64,000 bases of DNA from Paraspadella gotoi (taxonomy: Eukaryota > Animalia > Chaetognatha). Below, piece after piece: positions 61,867 to 64,000 of this stretch. The notes under the pieces are model-generated. The model had not been told where the DNA came from, did not search any database, and saw only the letters and a program-made list of their open reading frames with translations. The position numbers and the translations under genes were made by a program. Position 1 is the stretch's first letter, and each line of letters opens with the position of its first letter. The stretch covers positions 16,293,528 to 16,357,527 of the forward strand of contig CM119268.1 of assembly GCA_051294375.1 (NCBI GenBank), given 5' to 3'.

Positions 61867-62634
61867 TTTTTTAGTCGGATCTGCTTTCAGCAGATCCCGA
61901 CTCTATAATTCACTTTGTCGGTCCGTCTGTCCGCCACCTCAATTTTGTCGGGCATTCACATATATCATGTCAGAATATCGAATTATGATAAATTATGCAA
62001 AAAAAACGATGTCCATCCGTCTGTCTGTCCCACCTTAGCAAAAAACTCCAATTACTCCAGATTGGATGGATTGGAATGAAATTTTGTGTGTAGGTAGGGA
62101 AGTGTGTGATAGAGTTGGATATGGAAATGGAGTGGAAATGAGTTTAAATGGAAAAAACAAAAAACTGTTTCACTAATTGATTATGCTTCTGTTTCTATTT
62201 ATAATAAATGTAAATGTAATATGTATTAATTAATCAAATAATTAATCAGTTAATTAATCAATTAATTAATTAATATATAAATAATTAATTAATCGATAAA
62301 TTAATCAATCAATTAATTATTCAATAAAAAAATTTATTTAGTTATCTATTAATTAATTATTCAATAAATCAATTTATTTATAAATTAATTAATTATTTTA
62401 TCAATTAATCAATCAATCAAGTCAATCTTTATCGGCATTATTGTCGTCATCGTCGTCGTTGGTTTTGCCGTGGTAAGTGACGAAAAGACCTAAAAACAAA
62501 CATTTCGGATCAAATTAATTAATTTATTAATTAAATTATTAATTTAGTTTATATAATATGTAGTTTGTTAATTAATCAATTAATTACCGGTAATGATCGT
62601 TGGCAGATCCGACATTGTTTGCTCAAACTTGTTT
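61867..62634 (+). mobile_element. Non-autonomous Helentron-associated element (HINE / DINE-1-like) in an eya intron
   Basis: T-run, then sub-terminal repeat gtcggatctgc (61874-61884) with an adjacent imperfect inverted copy gcagatcccgac (61890-61901). GTCY-type microsatellite (gtccgtctgtcc, gtctgtctgtcc) and AT-rich ttaattaatcaa central repeats. Perfect inverted repeat gcagatccgac (62603-62613), followed by hairpin gtttg-ct-caaac (62617-62628) and Ts. Confidence 0.75.
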
Positions 62635-63571
62635 ACTTTCTTAATGTTCAACTCCATTGCATAGTATAACTCAAGTACTTAGTATATAAATGATCTTTTG
62701 GATCCTGACAGCTAACAACTTCTCTCTTCGACTATTGCTATTTCCATAAAAGAAAATGTACAAAAGGCCATAGTTTAAACAACAAACAATCCTAACTCGA
62801 CCACAAAACCTTTTTTTTTTCTTCCAAGCCATAGATAAACGGCACTATCTAAGGGTTCCCCACACATTTACTCTCTAACAACAATGAATTCTCGAGAATA
62901 TTTTTAGGAGATCGCAAATATTTGGACAAAGGAGGATCAGAAATTTCGGGTCTGCCTCGTCTTTGGGAAGGCGAGTCATAACGGGGAAAGTTTGAGGTAA
63001 GGTGAGGCGAGGTAAAGTGAAGTGACGAGTACGTTAGAAGTGAGAGGAAATTATATGATAAAGAAGGTAATATGGGTGATCGGGTGATCCAGAGAGCTGA
63101 GTTAACAGGTTGGATGGTAAATGGCATATATGTGCCTAATATGCAGCATGTTCGTTAAGTAAAACCACTTATTGTTAGCTCTTCAATAAAGGAAATGTTA
63201 GATTCTAGGTAAATCTGAAAACAACGTAAGGCTTTTCTCATTGGTTACTATTAACCGAGGACGAGACTGGCTTGAAATTAACTATTAACATCTTCGTTTT
63301 TAGTGGAAGACAGAACATTAAAAAGCTCTGCCGAAAATCAGATCATTATCTTAACAAATTCATTCGTTTGAAAACAAAATCATCATTTCTGTCTTTATTC
63401 CTTTTCAAAGAATAAAACCTAATTTTTTTTTTCGTCTGCATCTTTTCATGTTTTTCCCTCTTCTTTCTTATTTTCCCTTTTGACTGCAGTTGAACTCAAA
63501 TTTTCTGTCCCGGTAGTGGTGGCAGTTCAAATATCACAACAACTGGGAACCTGAGAACCAGCGGATTCTGA

Positions 63572-63605
<34 letters not shown>

Positions 63606-63637
63606 ATCTCAGTCTCCTCTCATCATCGTCGTCCTGT

Positions 63638-63685
<48 letters not shown>

Positions 63686-63772
63686 GGCGGATTTTCCAGC
63701 CCCTTTTTAACTCGGCGGTGCATCGTCGTCCCCCTCTGCCTCAGCCGCCGCGGCATCCGCCGAGCCCCTCAC

Positions 63773-63808
63773 CAAATTATGGTTCGGAATCTCGGCGGAG
63801 ACTCGAGT
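63773..63808 (-). CDS. Candidate upstream 36-nt eya exon (TRVSAEIPNHNL)
   Basis: Acceptor atctttttccag and donor TTG|GTGAGG. Phase 0 to 0, compatible with the 61742 exon. No conserved motif supports it. Confidence 0.4.
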
Positions 63809-63837
63809 CTGGAAAAAGATGATAATATCGCGGAAAA

Positions 63838-63921
<84 letters not shown>

Positions 63922-64000
63922 GGGAACGCAGAGGACGACGAAGAGGAAGCAAAGGAGGGGCGACCAACCGCGGCGTCACTTAGGAGCGGAGGTAAATAAA

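Noticed and set aside
62908-62996. Antisense exon candidate inside the eya intron (EIANIWTKEDQKFRVCLVFG...)
   Set aside because: Splice-like flanks only, with no partner exon or homology.

Overview
Animal (invertebrate-like) genomic scaffold, not prokaryotic. It is rich in CpG and dense in microsatellites ((GA)n, (GAAA)n, (GAC)n, (GATA)n) and has many N gaps, so nearly all long ORFs in the supplied track are repeat artefacts. Reading across splice sites gives four gene models. (1) The 3' ten coding exons of eyes absent (eya) on the minus strand, 57756-61742, 381 aa + stop, with all HAD phosphatase motifs intact; the 5' end lies at or beyond the window edge. (2) A complete two-exon gene at 47366-47845 (-) for a 116-aa protein with a signal peptide, 8 Cys and a probable GPI tail, of no family I recognise. 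(3) A signal-peptide + Ig-like-domain gene at about 36941-39983 (-), whose putative fourth exon is out of frame. (4) A divergent cold-shock-domain gene at about 29763-30662 (+). Also present are a DINE-1/HINE-like Helentron-derived element in an eya intron, a three-copy interspersed repeat and several minisatellites. Two indel-ridden duplications, one of them a ~3.4 kb palindrome, are associated with 25-N gaps and are most likely long-read gap-filling artefacts. I found no RNA gene, CRISPR array or multi-gene system that I can support. All assignments come from manual translation and motif recognition, with no database search.
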